A DNA stretch of 64,000 nucleotides from Candidatus Methanophagales archaeon (GCA_030602585.1 JAUVZJ010000003.1:5047-69046), one strand, 5' to 3'. Shown: positions 21,514 through 32,545, counted from the stretch's first letter. Numbers and translations: made by a program. Notes: generated by a model not told the origin, from the letters alone.

Positions 21514-22305
21514 GTGATAAAAAAAATGAAAAGAAAAACTTTGGCATTAATGGGGATTGTAATGACAGCAATTTTAGTGCTTTCTGGGATGGTAGTAGCA
21601 TCACCACCAAATCGAGGAACTGACACAGCAAACGCTCCACCAGAATTTGTTGAGGATTTACCAGAAAGTAAACTAACAAAGATAGTTTTCATTAGATATG
21701 CGCCAGGATTTCAAAAAGAAAGACCATGTGATGGTGATGGCGTTTGTGGCCCAGATGAAAAATGGCAGTTTTGTTCTGACTGTTCAAAACCAGGAGGAGA
21801 GGAAGAAAAACCAACAGCTTGTTACGATTTTCTAGCAGGCTCAAAGCCAAGATGGAATTGGGTAGAAGACTATTATTACAGTGATTCAACATTAGAAAAT
21901 CCATCTGATTCTGCGGTATCTACATGGGAAGGGGCCACCTCAGGGGACATATTCGGAAATGGAGTTTCTGAGTCCAATCCGTGGGGAGTCTACGACAACA
22001 AGAACGCAATATCTTTTGGGAACTATGAAGATCCAAATGTGATAGCAGTAACAGCAATTTGGTTCAGAGGAAAGAACATATACGAATACGATATAATGTT
22101 CGACACAGACTACTTTCCCTCTTCTCACATTGATTTGCCGACTGTTGTATTACACGAATTCGGTCATGCTGCAGGATTAGGTGATTTATATGATCCTGTT
22201 TGTGTAGACAACGTAATGTACGGATACCTTAGTGAAGACGAAGTAAAAACAACTTTGCGTGACGGTGGCACTGCCGGTATTCAGACACTATACGGAGAAG
22301 CTTAA
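21514..22305 (+). CDS. Secreted matrixin-like (metzincin) zinc protease
   Basis: HEFGHAAGLGD and Met-turn NVMYG; signal peptide. Confidence 0.8.
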   Translation: MIKKMKRKTLALMGIVMTAILVLSGMVVASPPNRGTDTANAPPEFVEDLPESKLTKIVFIRYAPGFQKERPCDGDGVCGPDEKWQFCSDCSKPGGEEEKPTACYDFLAGSKPRWNWVEDYYYSDSTLENPSDSAVSTWEGATSGDIFGNGVSESNPWGVYDNKNAISFGNYEDPNVIAVTAIWFRGKNIYEYDIMFDTDYFPSSHIDLPTVVLHEFGHAAGLGDLYDPVCVDNVMYGYLSEDEVKTTLRDGGTAGIQTLYGEA

Positions 22306-22433
22306 ACCCTTTTTCTTTTTTTATTTTTTCCTCTCTTTCACTTCATATTCCCCACAACATATCGCTTTTTTAATTTGTCCGCTTTTCGTCATAAAAACGC
22401 CCATCTCGTGCTCATCTATCCCTTCACGACTCA

Positions 22434-23270
22434 TCACGCAGAAGTATCTGTCAAAAAATCAGCAATATTAGAAACCAACTGATTATTATCCAGAACGTTA
22501 TACGGCTCTGTTAAAAAGGTCAGGTCGCCGATAGCCAACACATTCGAACCCGTGAGTACAACGGGTGAATATCGCCCCGGCACTTCTCTTATTGACGAAT
22601 ACGTGTTTTCATCGGTGAATATCACTCCTTTCTCCGAAGGGCTGATTGAACCCGCAGTATAGAAAACCAGTTTATTTAAGTTCTTCGTTATGCCATTATC
22701 CTCAAAATCAGTAAGATAAATATATCTAAAGTTTCCGGCATTTTCCTTTAAGTTGTATAGGTAATCGTTCCGATAGACGATTCCAAACTCTGTTGACAAC
22801 GTATTCATTTTGTCTTTCGATTCTGGCGCAGGTCTGGTTGGGTCATCAATCAGCATCAGCCTTCCACCATTGTCAACGAAATTTCTTATTTCTTCCACTT
22901 CTTCCCATGAGAATGCAGTTGCTGGCGATATAACGATATATGCGCTGGCATTTGCTAATCGCTCTTCTAAGCTCTCACTATCTTCCAGATACTCTATCGA
23001 ATAGCCTCTTGAAATAATTCTATACGCAAGTAGGTTCAATTCTTCTAATTCGAAACCATTATCATGTGATGAATCTATTAGAACAGTTCCCTCCCCCGTT
23101 CCATGCACGTCAATGAATTCGGTCGGAAGATGCAAGGAAACCTGTATATCCTCAATATCACATATATTCATTGGTGGCGCAGAGTATATTCCGCGATAAA
23201 AAACCAGAGTTTGTGCTCCTATCACAATACATACAATTAGCACCATGAACACTATTTTTCTCATAACCAC
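22434..23270 (-). CDS. DUF4350/GldG-like (IFT52-type) domain protein
   Basis: VLIDSSHDN, FV.NGGRL, VLAIGD; adjacent to S49 peptidase. Confidence 0.6.
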   Translation of the reverse strand: MVMRKIVFMVLIVCIVIGAQTLVFYRGIYSAPPMNICDIEDIQVSLHLPTEFIDVHGTGEGTVLIDSSHDNGFELEELNLLAYRIISRGYSIEYLEDSESLEERLANASAYIVISPATAFSWEEVEEIRNFVDNGGRLMLIDDPTRPAPESKDKMNTLSTEFGIVYRNDYLYNLKENAGNFRYIYLTDFEDNGITKNLNKLVFYTAGSISPSEKGVIFTDENTYSSIREVPGRYSPVVLTGSNVLAIGDLTFLTEPYNVLDNNQLVSNIADFLTDTSA

Positions 23271-24128
23271 TCACACACCCATATAAAAATAGTAATTATT
23301 AGTTGGCACTGCGTTTGTTTTTGTTTTAGATAAGGTATCATTCGAATACGAAGATATGAGTTCTGGAGCATATTCGTTGATGCTTACCGCTTTGTTAATA
23401 TCAACAAATCCGTAATTGGCAATATACGCATAACTCGCTGCCTTTTCAATCGCATCGGACCTCGTGCCTATCCCATCTATAAGTCCGTATCTCATTCCCT
23501 CGATACCGGTATAAGTCCCCGCCTTGGATAGATCCTCTTTATCAATGTTCAATCTATCACTTCTCTGAGCAATGATAGACTCGACAAAATATTGCTTTGC
23601 CATCTCAACCTGGCTTGTATAATGCTTTTTTGACTGCGTTGACTTGTATGGACCAGTAATTATGCGTTCCTCGTCTAAACTCTCTGGCTCGGGAAGCCAG
23701 GAAATAACACCTATACCGCCAACTTCGGATGATGGTTTCGCATAAATAAAATTTGAAGCTGCTGCAATGTAATATCCCCCCGATACACCCCTCTCATCTA
23801 TTGAAGTAATGACCGGTTTTTCGCTTCTGAGTCTAAGTACCTCAAGATAAATTTCCTCAATCTTTGAAACCTCTCCACCCGGACAATTCATATCTAACAC
23901 AACCGCTTTTATTGAATTGTCGTCTCTTGCATATCTTAACGTCTTAACAATTTCATCCTTGGTTTCTTCGTCCATAATATGCGTATCAATGGTAATTACT
24001 CCGACATTCGGTATTTTTATAAAGAAATTGAAGATAAAAATCGCTATGATTATTGAAACAATAGCCAAAAAAATATACGAGTTACTTAAACGCGAGATAC
24101 CACGAAGCGAAACTCGACTGTTTGTCAT
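23271..24128 (-). CDS. sppA: S49-family signal peptide peptidase (SppA-like)
   Basis: IKAVVL..NCPGG, SGGYYIA, VGGIGV. Confidence 0.85.
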   Translation of the reverse strand: MTNSRVSLRGISRLSNSYIFLAIVSIIIAIFIFNFFIKIPNVGVITIDTHIMDEETKDEIVKTLRYARDDNSIKAVVLDMNCPGGEVSKIEEIYLEVLRLRSEKPVITSIDERGVSGGYYIAAASNFIYAKPSSEVGGIGVISWLPEPESLDEERIITGPYKSTQSKKHYTSQVEMAKQYFVESIIAQRSDRLNIDKEDLSKAGTYTGIEGMRYGLIDGIGTRSDAIEKAASYAYIANYGFVDINKAVSINEYAPELISSYSNDTLSKTKTNAVPTNNYYFYMGV

Positions 24129-24230
24129 ATTGTTCTCCCATTAATGTTATGTAAACCACTATTTAAATAAAGATGTGTTTGACATTTGTCAACGGCTTTC
24201 TGTGTCTTTTTGTTTTTTCCACTCTTTTAC

Positions 24231-24396
24231 CTTGACATTGTCAGATTAACCGCAGAGTTCACGGAGAACGCAGAGGAGGTAGGTTTAGAGGTTTAGGTTT
24301 TAGGGTTACTAATACCTGACAACTAACCCCTAACCCCTTATTTTCTCTGTGAACTCAGCGTTCTCGGCGGTAAATTTTAAATATGACAAAGTCAAG
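24231..24396. mobile_element. 166-bp MITE copy 1
   Basis: Imperfect TIR CTTGACATTGTCAGATT / CTTGACTTTGTCATATT; flanking TTAC duplicated; long internal hairpin. Confidence 0.85.
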
Positions 24397-24456
24397 TTAC
24401 TTCGTATCACCATAACATATCGCTTTTTATCTTCCACCATCACATATTAAAAAAAC

Positions 24457-26151
24457 ATGTTTCTCGAATTCAAAAAGGAAGTTGAGCAAGTGCTGAAGAA
24501 AGCATTGAAAAGGGCTTCTTATGAATATACGGAATTGGAATTAGAAGAGAGTGAACATGCGGATATTTCATCCAATGTCGCTTTCTCTTTAGCTCGCACT
24601 TACAAAAAGTCACCTGCTGTCGTGGCAGAAGAAATTGTAAGATACTTGGAGATACCTTCTGATTCAGACGATACGTTAATATCAAAAGCAGTTGCTGCCG
24701 GTCCCTATATTAACTTCTATGTGAGCGATTTCTTCTTGCATGAGACCGTGCGGAAGATAAAAGAAGGAATAGAGCACGTAGGGGAGAAGAAAGGTAAGAT
24801 TATTATTGAGCATACATCTGCGAATCCTGATGGTCCACTCCACATAGGGCATCTGAGAAACGCTATTATTGGTGACGTGCTGGTGCGCGTGTTAAAGCGT
24901 GCTGGGTTCGACGTGGAAACGCATTATTACGTGAATGACATGGGGAGGCAGATAGGAGTGGTAGTATGTGGTGCGGAAAGAATTGCCTTCGCTGCGAATA
25001 AAAAAGCCGACCATGCCGTTGCTGACGTTTACATCGCGGCAAACAGGCTGGTAGATGCGAATAGTGAATTTTTGAAGGATGTGGAAGCGTTAATGAGGAA
25101 ATACGAGTCGGGAGATGAAGCGGCGGTGAGGAAATACGAAGCAGTAGTGAAGAAATGTCTTTCTGGAATACAGACGTCTTTGCAACGGTTAAATATTCGG
25201 CATGATTTATTCGTCTGGGAGAGTGAATTTGTGAGAGGAGGAGCGGTAGAAGCGGTGATGGAAGAGTTAAAGCAAAAGGGGGATATTAAATTCGATGGCT
25301 CTGGTTCTGCTCTTTTACTGAAACTGGATGGTATAGAAAAAGAGCTGGTAATACAAAGGACTGACGGAACTTCACTTTACACCACGAGAGACCTCGCATA
25401 TCACAGATGGAAGAGCGATAGATGCGATAGGGTGATAGATGTGTTCGGTAAAGACCACGAGCTGGTATCGCAACAACTGTCAAAAGCGCTGGAAATATTG
25501 CGAGTAAAAGTGCCGGAATTTGTTATTTTCGAGTTCGTTTCTTTGCCAACCGGTTCTTTATCCACTCGTGCTGGTAGATATATCGCGGCAGACGAGCTAA
25601 TGGAAAAAATCGAGCAAAGGGCGTATGAAGAAGTGGATAAGAAGAGGAAAGATTTGGACGAAGGTAAGAAGCTCGAAATCGCAAGGAAGGTCGGTATAGG
25701 CGCATTAAGGTATGATATGGTGAAAGTATCGCCGGATAAGCATATAACGTTTGTTTTTGAGGATGCGCTGGACATAGAAAAGAAAGGTGCTCCGTTCATT
25801 CAATATTCGCATGCACGTGCCTGCAGCATATTAAGGGCTGCGGAGGAAAAGGGCTATGTTATAGCTGACGATTACGATGCCTCTCTGCTGCGTGAAGAAA
25901 GCGAAATGGAATTGATAAAGAAGTTATCCAAACTCGGATATGTCATAGGGTCTTCGGAGTTAAAGCCGCATCTGGTTGCTAAATATGCAAGAGAACTTGC
26001 GGAAAGTTTTAATTTGTTTTATAAAGATTGTCCGGTGTTAAATGCCGAGGAAGAGCTGAGAAATGCAAGGATGGTTCTTGTGGACTGTGCAAAAATTGTT
26101 TTAAGTGACGTTTTAGATGTGTTGGGTATTGAAGCGCCGGAAGAGATGTAA
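24457..26151 (+). CDS. argS: Arginyl-tRNA synthetase
   Basis: EHTSANPDGPLHIGH, RTDGTSLYTTRD, QYSHARACSI. Confidence 0.97.
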   Translation: MFLEFKKEVEQVLKKALKRASYEYTELELEESEHADISSNVAFSLARTYKKSPAVVAEEIVRYLEIPSDSDDTLISKAVAAGPYINFYVSDFFLHETVRKIKEGIEHVGEKKGKIIIEHTSANPDGPLHIGHLRNAIIGDVLVRVLKRAGFDVETHYYVNDMGRQIGVVVCGAERIAFAANKKADHAVADVYIAANRLVDANSEFLKDVEALMRKYESGDEAAVRKYEAVVKKCLSGIQTSLQRLNIRHDLFVWESEFVRGGAVEAVMEELKQKGDIKFDGSGSALLLKLDGIEKELVIQRTDGTSLYTTRDLAYHRWKSDRCDRVIDVFGKDHELVSQQLSKALEILRVKVPEFVIFEFVSLPTGSLSTRAGRYIAADELMEKIEQRAYEEVDKKRKDLDEGKKLEIARKVGIGALRYDMVKVSPDKHITFVFEDALDIEKKGAPFIQYSHARACSILRAAEEKGYVIADDYDASLLREESEMELIKKLSKLGYVIGSSELKPHLVAKYARELAESFNLFYKDCPVLNAEEELRNARMVLVDCAKIVLSDVLDVLGIEAPEEM

Positions 26152-26152
26152 A

Positions 26153-26328
26153 CACACTTTTTCTTTTTAGAAAAAAGAAAACCTGTGCTAAAAGAAAAAC
26201 AAAAAAGTTCTTTTGGTAAAGCTTTTCTTCCTAAGAAAAGGTTTGTGCTAAAAGAAAAACTAAGAGAATGTTTTTAGTCGAGGTTTTTACCGAAGGTAAA
26301 AAAGTTGTTGGTAAAGCTTTTTTACGCA
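26153..26328. repeat. AT-rich composite repeat family C (AGAAAACCTGTGCTAAA / TTTGGTAAAGCTTT..AAAGGTTTG)
   Basis: Also ~35176-35275, 36079-36214, 36757-36822 (inverted), 52021-52210, 53150-53232, 16946-17023. Confidence 0.75.
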
Positions 26329-26336
26329 TCGCTACG

Positions 26337-27188
26337 TTACGGTCGAGTTCTTTTAAAGGGTAAGCGAAGCTCTTTGCCCATTCCACGCCGATAATCTCGG
26401 AACCAGAAAATCCCCGCGGAGAAGCTGGACATTGATTGCTGCTTCCTCCAGTAAGTTGTATGTCGGAATTTTCTCATGATATTCTCTAATCTCTTCCTTT
26501 GCTCCTCTGAAATTCCCTGCTCCTTCTCGTCTTTGCCTTTGCCTTTACCTTCAACATCATGATAGAGTTTCTCCAGGCTGTTAAATATAGCTTTTAGCTC
26601 CTTGTCGTCCAGATAATAACTCACGAGTTCACTCAGTTCATCGAACACTTCTTTCAGTCTTTCCTTGTAGCTCTCCACATCTTTTTCCGCTAAGAATACT
26701 TCGCAGCCGCTTAAAGACCGCTCAAGCCTGTCAAGCGTCCATCCACTTGCTAAAACACGCACCTCTGGATAAAAGCTCTTTATACACTCCGGCTGCATTG
26801 TCAATATGTTTCTAACGCTTACAATGCCCACGAGCACGCCGTTTTTAACTACCGGCAGCCTTTTTATACGCTTCTTTGATGCGAGTTCACATGCTTCATC
26901 TACCGGTGCTTCTGGCTCGATGGTGACCAGAGGGGAAGACATCACTTCTTTCGCTTTTACTTCACTTCCCATTTTGTTCTTCAATAGAACTTTCAATGCT
27001 ATATCGCGCTCAGTGATTATTCCCGCGGGTTTACCTTCTGAGGTTATAACTACGCTCCCTATCCCCAAATCTTCCATATCTTTCGCTATTTTAATGACCG
27101 CCGTGTCTTCATCTTCGGTGATGATTGGACTGCTCATGATGTCACGAACTTTCATTTTTACTTTTCCTCCTTTTGTGCTTATTTCCAT
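26337..27188 (-). CDS. CBS-pair protein with C-terminal helical extension
   Basis: VRDIMS, GIITERDI, IKRLPVV, LVGIVS. Confidence 0.85.
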   Translation of the reverse strand: MEISTKGGKVKMKVRDIMSSPIITEDEDTAVIKIAKDMEDLGIGSVVITSEGKPAGIITERDIALKVLLKNKMGSEVKAKEVMSSPLVTIEPEAPVDEACELASKKRIKRLPVVKNGVLVGIVSVRNILTMQPECIKSFYPEVRVLASGWTLDRLERSLSGCEVFLAEKDVESYKERLKEVFDELSELVSYYLDDKELKAIFNSLEKLYHDVEGKGKGKDEKEQGISEEQRKRLENIMRKFRHTTYWRKQQSMSSFSAGIFWFRDYRRGMGKELRLPFKRTRP

Positions 27189-27354
27189 CTTATCACATTT
27201 ATAGCTATTCTCATTTTGTATTTGTTTACCGTCGAAAGCACGGAGAGCGCGCGCTGAGATGAGATAAATGATTTTTCTGACTCTCTCTCTGTGTGTTCTC
27301 TGCGGGCTCAGTCAGCGGTAAACAAGCCTATCTAATAAATCGAGCACTTTTATT

Positions 27355-28440
27355 TCATTCAGAACCGGGTAGTTTAACAATAAATTTAGTTCCCCTGCCA
27401 ACTTCACTCTCCACCGCTATTTCTCCTCCATGCGCTTCCACGTATTTCTTGCATAGAGAAAGCCCCAAACCAATGCCCGTGGCTTTTGTGGTAAAAAGGG
27501 GTTCGAAGATTTTTTTTATGTTCTCCTTCGGTATCCCTTCCCCGGTATCGGCTATGCTTATCTCTATATTTCCTTTCTCTTTCTCCTTCGCCTTTTCCTC
27601 CTCTGTTTTTAGCTTCAGCGAGCCACCTTCAGGCATTGCCGATATTGCATTTCTGATAAGGTTCGAGCACGTGCGCAGAATTTGGTCGAAGTCCGCGTGA
27701 ATCGTGGGAAGGGTTTCCTTTAACTCCTTTTTTGCCTCTATGTTCTCAGGAATCTCGATGGAGGATAGGGCTTCTTCTACTATTTGATTAACGTTACATA
27801 CCTTCAGAGTTGGTACCGGCATGCGAGCAAAGTCCAGTAAATCCATAATTAAGCGATTAGCACGTTTCACTTCTTTTTCCATTATCGCAAGGTGCCGCTT
27901 TACCTTCTCATCCGCAACCTCCTTCTCCTTCTCCCTCTCCTTGAGCTTCATGCCGAGGTAATAAACAGAGTTGCTTATCACTCCTAATGGTTGTCTGAGC
28001 TCGTGTGCAACTCCCGAAGAGAATTCGCCTATTGCAGCAAGTCGTTCTGCCTGGAGAAGTTTTTCCTCCAACTCTTTTCGCTCCTCGCTAACAAGCCCGG
28101 TAACATACGCCACTGCTATAAAAATAGCGAATCTTCCACACGCCATGATAAGACCACCTGCTACGCCAGTAAGGGAGTTCTCGATGATTGGATGGGAGAA
28201 GTATGTCATAACAATATGGATCACACCGAGAAGTAGCGCAACGTAAACCGCCTTCCTCTGATACCACATGCCTGCTAAAAGAATGGGAACATAGAAAAAA
28301 TGTGTATAGAGAACCGTTATACCCAGGAAGAAGTTAATATAAATAGCTAAATTGACACATAGTATTACTGTAAAAGCCAGTATAGGCAGTTTATCATCTT
28401 GCTTTGCAGATACACCGGGAAGGTCGCTATCTTCAGTCAT
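27355..28440 (-). CDS. Membrane-bound sensor histidine kinase
   Basis: H-box AHELRQPL, N-box NAIS, DTGEGI, FEPLFTTK, GLGL; N-terminal TMs. Confidence 0.9.
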   Translation of the reverse strand: MTEDSDLPGVSAKQDDKLPILAFTVILCVNLAIYINFFLGITVLYTHFFYVPILLAGMWYQRKAVYVALLLGVIHIVMTYFSHPIIENSLTGVAGGLIMACGRFAIFIAVAYVTGLVSEERKELEEKLLQAERLAAIGEFSSGVAHELRQPLGVISNSVYYLGMKLKEREKEKEVADEKVKRHLAIMEKEVKRANRLIMDLLDFARMPVPTLKVCNVNQIVEEALSSIEIPENIEAKKELKETLPTIHADFDQILRTCSNLIRNAISAMPEGGSLKLKTEEEKAKEKEKGNIEISIADTGEGIPKENIKKIFEPLFTTKATGIGLGLSLCKKYVEAHGGEIAVESEVGRGTKFIVKLPGSE

Positions 28441-28580
28441 GTAATTAAGTTATGAAAATATGTAAAAAAAGCTTACTTATACTTTAAATTTTTTTGATAA
28501 CCTTGGCGTTTTTTTTTACTACTAAGCATATATTTATTTAAAAATGTTACTTATCAAAATATTGAAATGGAAACTGGTAT

Positions 28581-30185
28581 ATGGTGAAAGAAAACCGGAA
28601 GGGAATCCTGCGATTAGGGGGAAGGAAAAGGGAAAAAGAAGAAAGAGAGAGTGAAAGTGACGTAAAAGTAGTAGAAAGTGAAGAGGAGATAGAGCTCCAG
28701 GTCCAGGTCCAAGTCCCGGTCCAGGAAGCGATAGAAGAGAATGAAAAGAATGAGATAGAGCGATATGCCGTTAATGAGCCTTATGCATATATCAAAATTA
28801 TAGATTCTTCTCCTCCTCTTTACGAAGTTCTGGAGCCTGGGCTATCGGAAGGTGAGGAAGAGTTATTAGAAGAGATAAAAAAACACCTTTACGAGACGAT
28901 AGCCGTGAGTTTCGGCGGTGTTACTAACCCGGATGAGTTCCTGCGGGAAAAGGTGGAAGCACTGGTTAAGGATTTATACATGGAAATAAGCCCTGAGAGA
29001 ATGGATAGGATAATGTATTACGTAAGGAGGGATTTTATTGGATATGGTAAGTTAGACCCGATTATGAGGGATAAAATGGCAGAGGACATTTCGGCTGATG
29101 GTCCTGGAATTCCTTTATTTGTGTATCATCGAAATTACGAGTCAATAGAAACGAACATAAGATTTGATAAGGCAGAATTAGATTCTTTGATTTATAAATT
29201 GGCGCAGCGATCAGGCAGACACATCTCGATGGCAAAACCACTCTTAGATGCTTCTCTTCCCAGCAAGGATAGATTACAATTAAGCATAGGAACTGAGATT
29301 ACAACGAGAGGCTCAACTTTTACCATAAGGAAGTTTAAAGAGATACCTATTACGCCGTTAGAGCTTATAAATTATGGGACGTTCTCCGTGGAAATGATTG
29401 CCTATCTCTGGATGGCAGTAGAGAATGGTTTTAACATTCTTATATCTGGTGGCACAGCCACGGGGAAAACGACGGTTTTAAACGCTGTTTCTATGTTCAT
29501 ACCGCCGGGAAGTAAAATCGTATCCATAGAAGACACGAGAGAGATAAATCTATCACATGAGAATTGGATTCCAGCAGTCACCAGGGAGGCAGAGGAGGGC
29601 GGACATTCAATAGAAATGTTTGATTTGCTGCGTGCTGCGCTCAGACAACGCCCCGAATACGTTCTGGTTGGTGAAGTGCGAGGAAAAGAAGCGTATACAC
29701 TTTTCCAGGCGATGGCAACCGGACACATCACCATGTCAACGGTTCATGCGGATTCCGCGGATGCGGTAGTAAAACGGCTGACAAAAGCACCGATTGATAT
29801 CCCATTGATGCTGCTTGACAGCTTAGACATAATACCCATCCAGAGGTCGGTGAAAGTGGAAAATAAAAGAGTGAGGAGATGCGCACAAATCATAGAAGTA
29901 ACCGGCGTTGATTTTGATAATGATGCGCTAAAAACGAACGAACTGTTCAGTTGGCGGCCTGATGAATTTTCGTTTAAGGGAGAATCGAGCGTTTTCGTTG
30001 AGATAATGGATATGCTTAACATGAATGAGAAGGAGCTATCAGAGGAGTTTGCACGCAGGGGAAGGATTCTGGCGTGGATGAGAAAGAAAGGCATGAATGA
30101 CTTCCACGCGCTAAGTAAGATTGTATTTGAGTATAATATAAACCCGGAAGAGGTGGAGAAGAGGCTTGAGTATGAACGTGAATAG
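28581..30185 (+). CDS. Type IV pilus / type II-IV secretion assembly ATPase
   Basis: GGTATGKTT, IEDTRE, LRQRPEY.LVGEVRG, STVHA. Confidence 0.95.
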   Translation: MVKENRKGILRLGGRKREKEERESESDVKVVESEEEIELQVQVQVPVQEAIEENEKNEIERYAVNEPYAYIKIIDSSPPLYEVLEPGLSEGEEELLEEIKKHLYETIAVSFGGVTNPDEFLREKVEALVKDLYMEISPERMDRIMYYVRRDFIGYGKLDPIMRDKMAEDISADGPGIPLFVYHRNYESIETNIRFDKAELDSLIYKLAQRSGRHISMAKPLLDASLPSKDRLQLSIGTEITTRGSTFTIRKFKEIPITPLELINYGTFSVEMIAYLWMAVENGFNILISGGTATGKTTVLNAVSMFIPPGSKIVSIEDTREINLSHENWIPAVTREAEEGGHSIEMFDLLRAALRQRPEYVLVGEVRGKEAYTLFQAMATGHITMSTVHADSADAVVKRLTKAPIDIPLMLLDSLDIIPIQRSVKVENKRVRRCAQIIEVTGVDFDNDALKTNELFSWRPDEFSFKGESSVFVEIMDMLNMNEKELSEEFARRGRILAWMRKKGMNDFHALSKIVFEYNINPEEVEKRLEYERE

Positions 30186-31065
30186 GAGCATGGATATAAA
30201 TGAAATAGCATTTGGTATATTCGGTGACTATTTCAAAAGGAAAAGAGCGAAATTCGGTTCAGTACGCAACAATCTTATGAAAGCGAGGATATACGTTCCC
30301 GTGGAGCGATGGCTATCAACTGCTGCCTTTTATTCCGTTATAGGCGTGATTTTTGCACTCGTTATATATTTACTCATGAAGATTATGCTATCTGTTATAC
30401 TAAAATCTGGCTTCCTGTCTTCTTTTGGGTTAATAGACATCATTCTCATTCCCTTGGGTATTGTAATCGCCTTTATTTCTGTTTTCTTCAGTTTTTATTT
30501 CTTACCGCAAATAAAGGTATGGGAAAGGAGAGGAAAAATAGAAGAGCTTCTTCCTTATGCCATCGGTTATATATCTTCGATGGCTGCCATTGGCGTGATT
30601 CCTTATGAGATATTCAAGAAGCTATCGGAGATGGGGGATAACTACGGCGAGGTAAGCATGGAAATGAAGCAGATAGTGCGTGACGTAGAATTGCTTGGAT
30701 TTGATTTCATAACTGCATTAAGAAACCTGGCAACGATAACAGCTTCTCCACAAATGAGGTCTTTCATGCAAGGAGCAGTAACAACAACTCTTTCCGGTGG
30801 TGAAATGGGCGCGTACTTCATTAGTGCAGCAAAGATGTATATGGAAGAAAGGAGAAGGAAATACGGCGATTTCATCACAATGCTGGGCTTGTTTGCCGAG
30901 TTTTATGTTGTAGGATTGGTTGCAGGACCGCTACTGATTGTGGTGGTGATGGCGATAATGTGCTTCTTAGGCTCTGCTTCTTTAGCATCACTTGCTGCGA
31001 TTGTGTATATAATCATTCCGCTTGGCTCTGCGGGGTTTATCTTTTTGATTGGTCTGTATTCGTAG
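30166..31065 (+). CDS. TadC/GspF-like pilus platform membrane protein 1
   Basis: T2SS-F architecture (LPYA..YI, DFITAL); overlaps ATPase stop. Confidence 0.85.
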   Translation: MSMNVNRSMDINEIAFGIFGDYFKRKRAKFGSVRNNLMKARIYVPVERWLSTAAFYSVIGVIFALVIYLLMKIMLSVILKSGFLSSFGLIDIILIPLGIVIAFISVFFSFYFLPQIKVWERRGKIEELLPYAIGYISSMAAIGVIPYEIFKKLSEMGDNYGEVSMEMKQIVRDVELLGFDFITALRNLATITASPQMRSFMQGAVTTTLSGGEMGAYFISAAKMYMEERRRKYGDFITMLGLFAEFYVVGLVAGPLLIVVVMAIMCFLGSASLASLAAIVYIIIPLGSAGFIFLIGLYS

Positions 31066-32017
31066 AGGTGAACGAAAAATGGAGGATGAGTTTCTGAAGA
31101 GATTGGAAAAAAGGAAGAGGGAGGAAAGCCTGATGAAATTCCTCAGGGACCCTATGGAACTCATCCGGGGTAACCCTGTAAGATTGGGCTACATATCGGG
31201 AGTTATTGGCGGATTTCTCATGCTTATTTCATATATCTACGAGTTGGAGTTTGTTGCACCGTATGATGCATACATCTTAGCGGGCATCGCGGCGTTTATT
31301 CCACCGGCATATTATATTTACAGTGAGCAAAAGATGGTAAGGAAAGCGGAGGATGCGTTTCCGGAATTGCTTCGTGACCTTGCACAGGCAAAGAGAGCAG
31401 GGCTATCGCTGATAGATGCCGTTACGCTTACCGCGGAGGGGGAATACGGGATGCTTACGGACGGGATAAGAACGATTAGCACGCAGCTATCGTGGGGTGT
31501 TCCTTTCGAGGATGCACTGCGTATATTTGCAAAGCGTTATCCCACACGAATAATAAAACGTTCAGTAGAAATGATCATAGAGGGATACAAGACCGGTGGA
31601 GAGGTGGGTGAGGTTCTTAAAATCGCTGCGGATGACGTTATGGAGTTAAAATCGCTGGAGAAAAGAAGAATCGCGGATATGAGCCCTTATGTAATGGTTT
31701 GCTACGTCACTTTCTTTGTTTTCTTAGGCGTCTTAATGGTGCTGTATCACTCGTTCATTCCTACGATGGTGGAAGCGAGTAAATCAGTAGCGGAAGCAGG
31801 AGCAGGTGGAAGGGGCGGTGTAATGATCAAAGGAGTGAATGTGGAAATGCTGAAGATGATTTTCTTCCATTGTGGCGTTATCCAGGGAATTTGTTCGGGA
31901 TTAGTAGCAGGGAAGTTAGGAGAGGGTAAAATTGTCGCAGGACTGAAACATGCAGTGGTGTTAGCAGCAGCAGCGTTTGGACTTTTTGCGGTTTTGACTT
32001 TTATGCCGACGCTTTAG
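31049..32017 (+). CDS. TadC/GspF-like pilus platform membrane protein 2
   Basis: FPELLRDLA, GVPFEDAL, SGLVAGK..G...GLKH. Confidence 0.85.
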   Translation: MVCIRRGERKMEDEFLKRLEKRKREESLMKFLRDPMELIRGNPVRLGYISGVIGGFLMLISYIYELEFVAPYDAYILAGIAAFIPPAYYIYSEQKMVRKAEDAFPELLRDLAQAKRAGLSLIDAVTLTAEGEYGMLTDGIRTISTQLSWGVPFEDALRIFAKRYPTRIIKRSVEMIIEGYKTGGEVGEVLKIAADDVMELKSLEKRRIADMSPYVMVCYVTFFVFLGVLMVLYHSFIPTMVEASKSVAEAGAGGRGGVMIKGVNVEMLKMIFFHCGVIQGICSGLVAGKLGEGKIVAGLKHAVVLAAAAFGLFAVLTFMPTL

Positions 32018-32087
32018 GCCAGGTCAGGCAAAGTTTATAGTCTCGATGTGGGTTACGGATAATACTCAGCCTTCCTTAGCTTGCTAT

Positions 32088-32340
32088 TTATTCTGGTGCG
32101 ATTATCTCCAGAAAATCAACTCGCTTAAAATCGGGATCAAAGGTTGCTATTTTATTAATTCCGTAATGTTTGCACGTCGCTGCGATCAAAGCATCATTTG
32201 GGAGTAAGCCATATCTTTTCGATATTTTAACAGATGACATAAAAATTTCATGTTTTATCTCTAAAACTTTTAAATACCCATCTTGCACTAAAAAATCGAC
32301 GTATTCTTCAAAGAACATAATCTAAAAAAATATCAACCAT
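32088..32340 (-). pseudogene. vapC: PIN (VapC) toxin, internally deleted
   Basis: Start MVDIFLD overlaps antitoxin stop then hits TGA; intact 3' part LLPNDALIAATC..FD.DF is in another frame; too short for a PIN domain. Confidence 0.75.
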
Positions 32341-32545
32341 ACATCTCTTCCTCTATTTTATTGAGAACCTTTCTCAGCTCTTCTTTTTTAAAATTTAATT
32401 TCAGTATTCCAAAATATTTATCAGAAAGCTTTTTTATTTTATCTTCTTTTATCTCCATCTCTATTTTTTCCCCCTGCCTCAAATTTACCTTCTCCAACGG
32501 CTTAAACACTCCATCTTCATAAATCACCTCGATTGTTTTTTGCAT
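32333..32545 (-). CDS. DUF104/AF2212-family antitoxin (copy 1)
   Basis: [20 protein letters not shown]. Confidence 0.9.
   Translation of the reverse strand: MQKTIEVIYEDGVFKPLEKVNLRQGEKIEMEIKEDKIKKLSDKYFGILKLNFKKEELRKVLNKIEEEMYG

Noticed and set aside
24282-24340. Telomere-like TTAGGG/CTAACCC runs as a chromosome end
   Set aside because: Short, internal to the MITE hairpin and present in all three copies.
28581-32017. Archaellum (fla/arl) operon
   Set aside because: No archaellin, ArlH or accessory genes; two TadC-like genes and pilins fit an adhesive type IV pilus.
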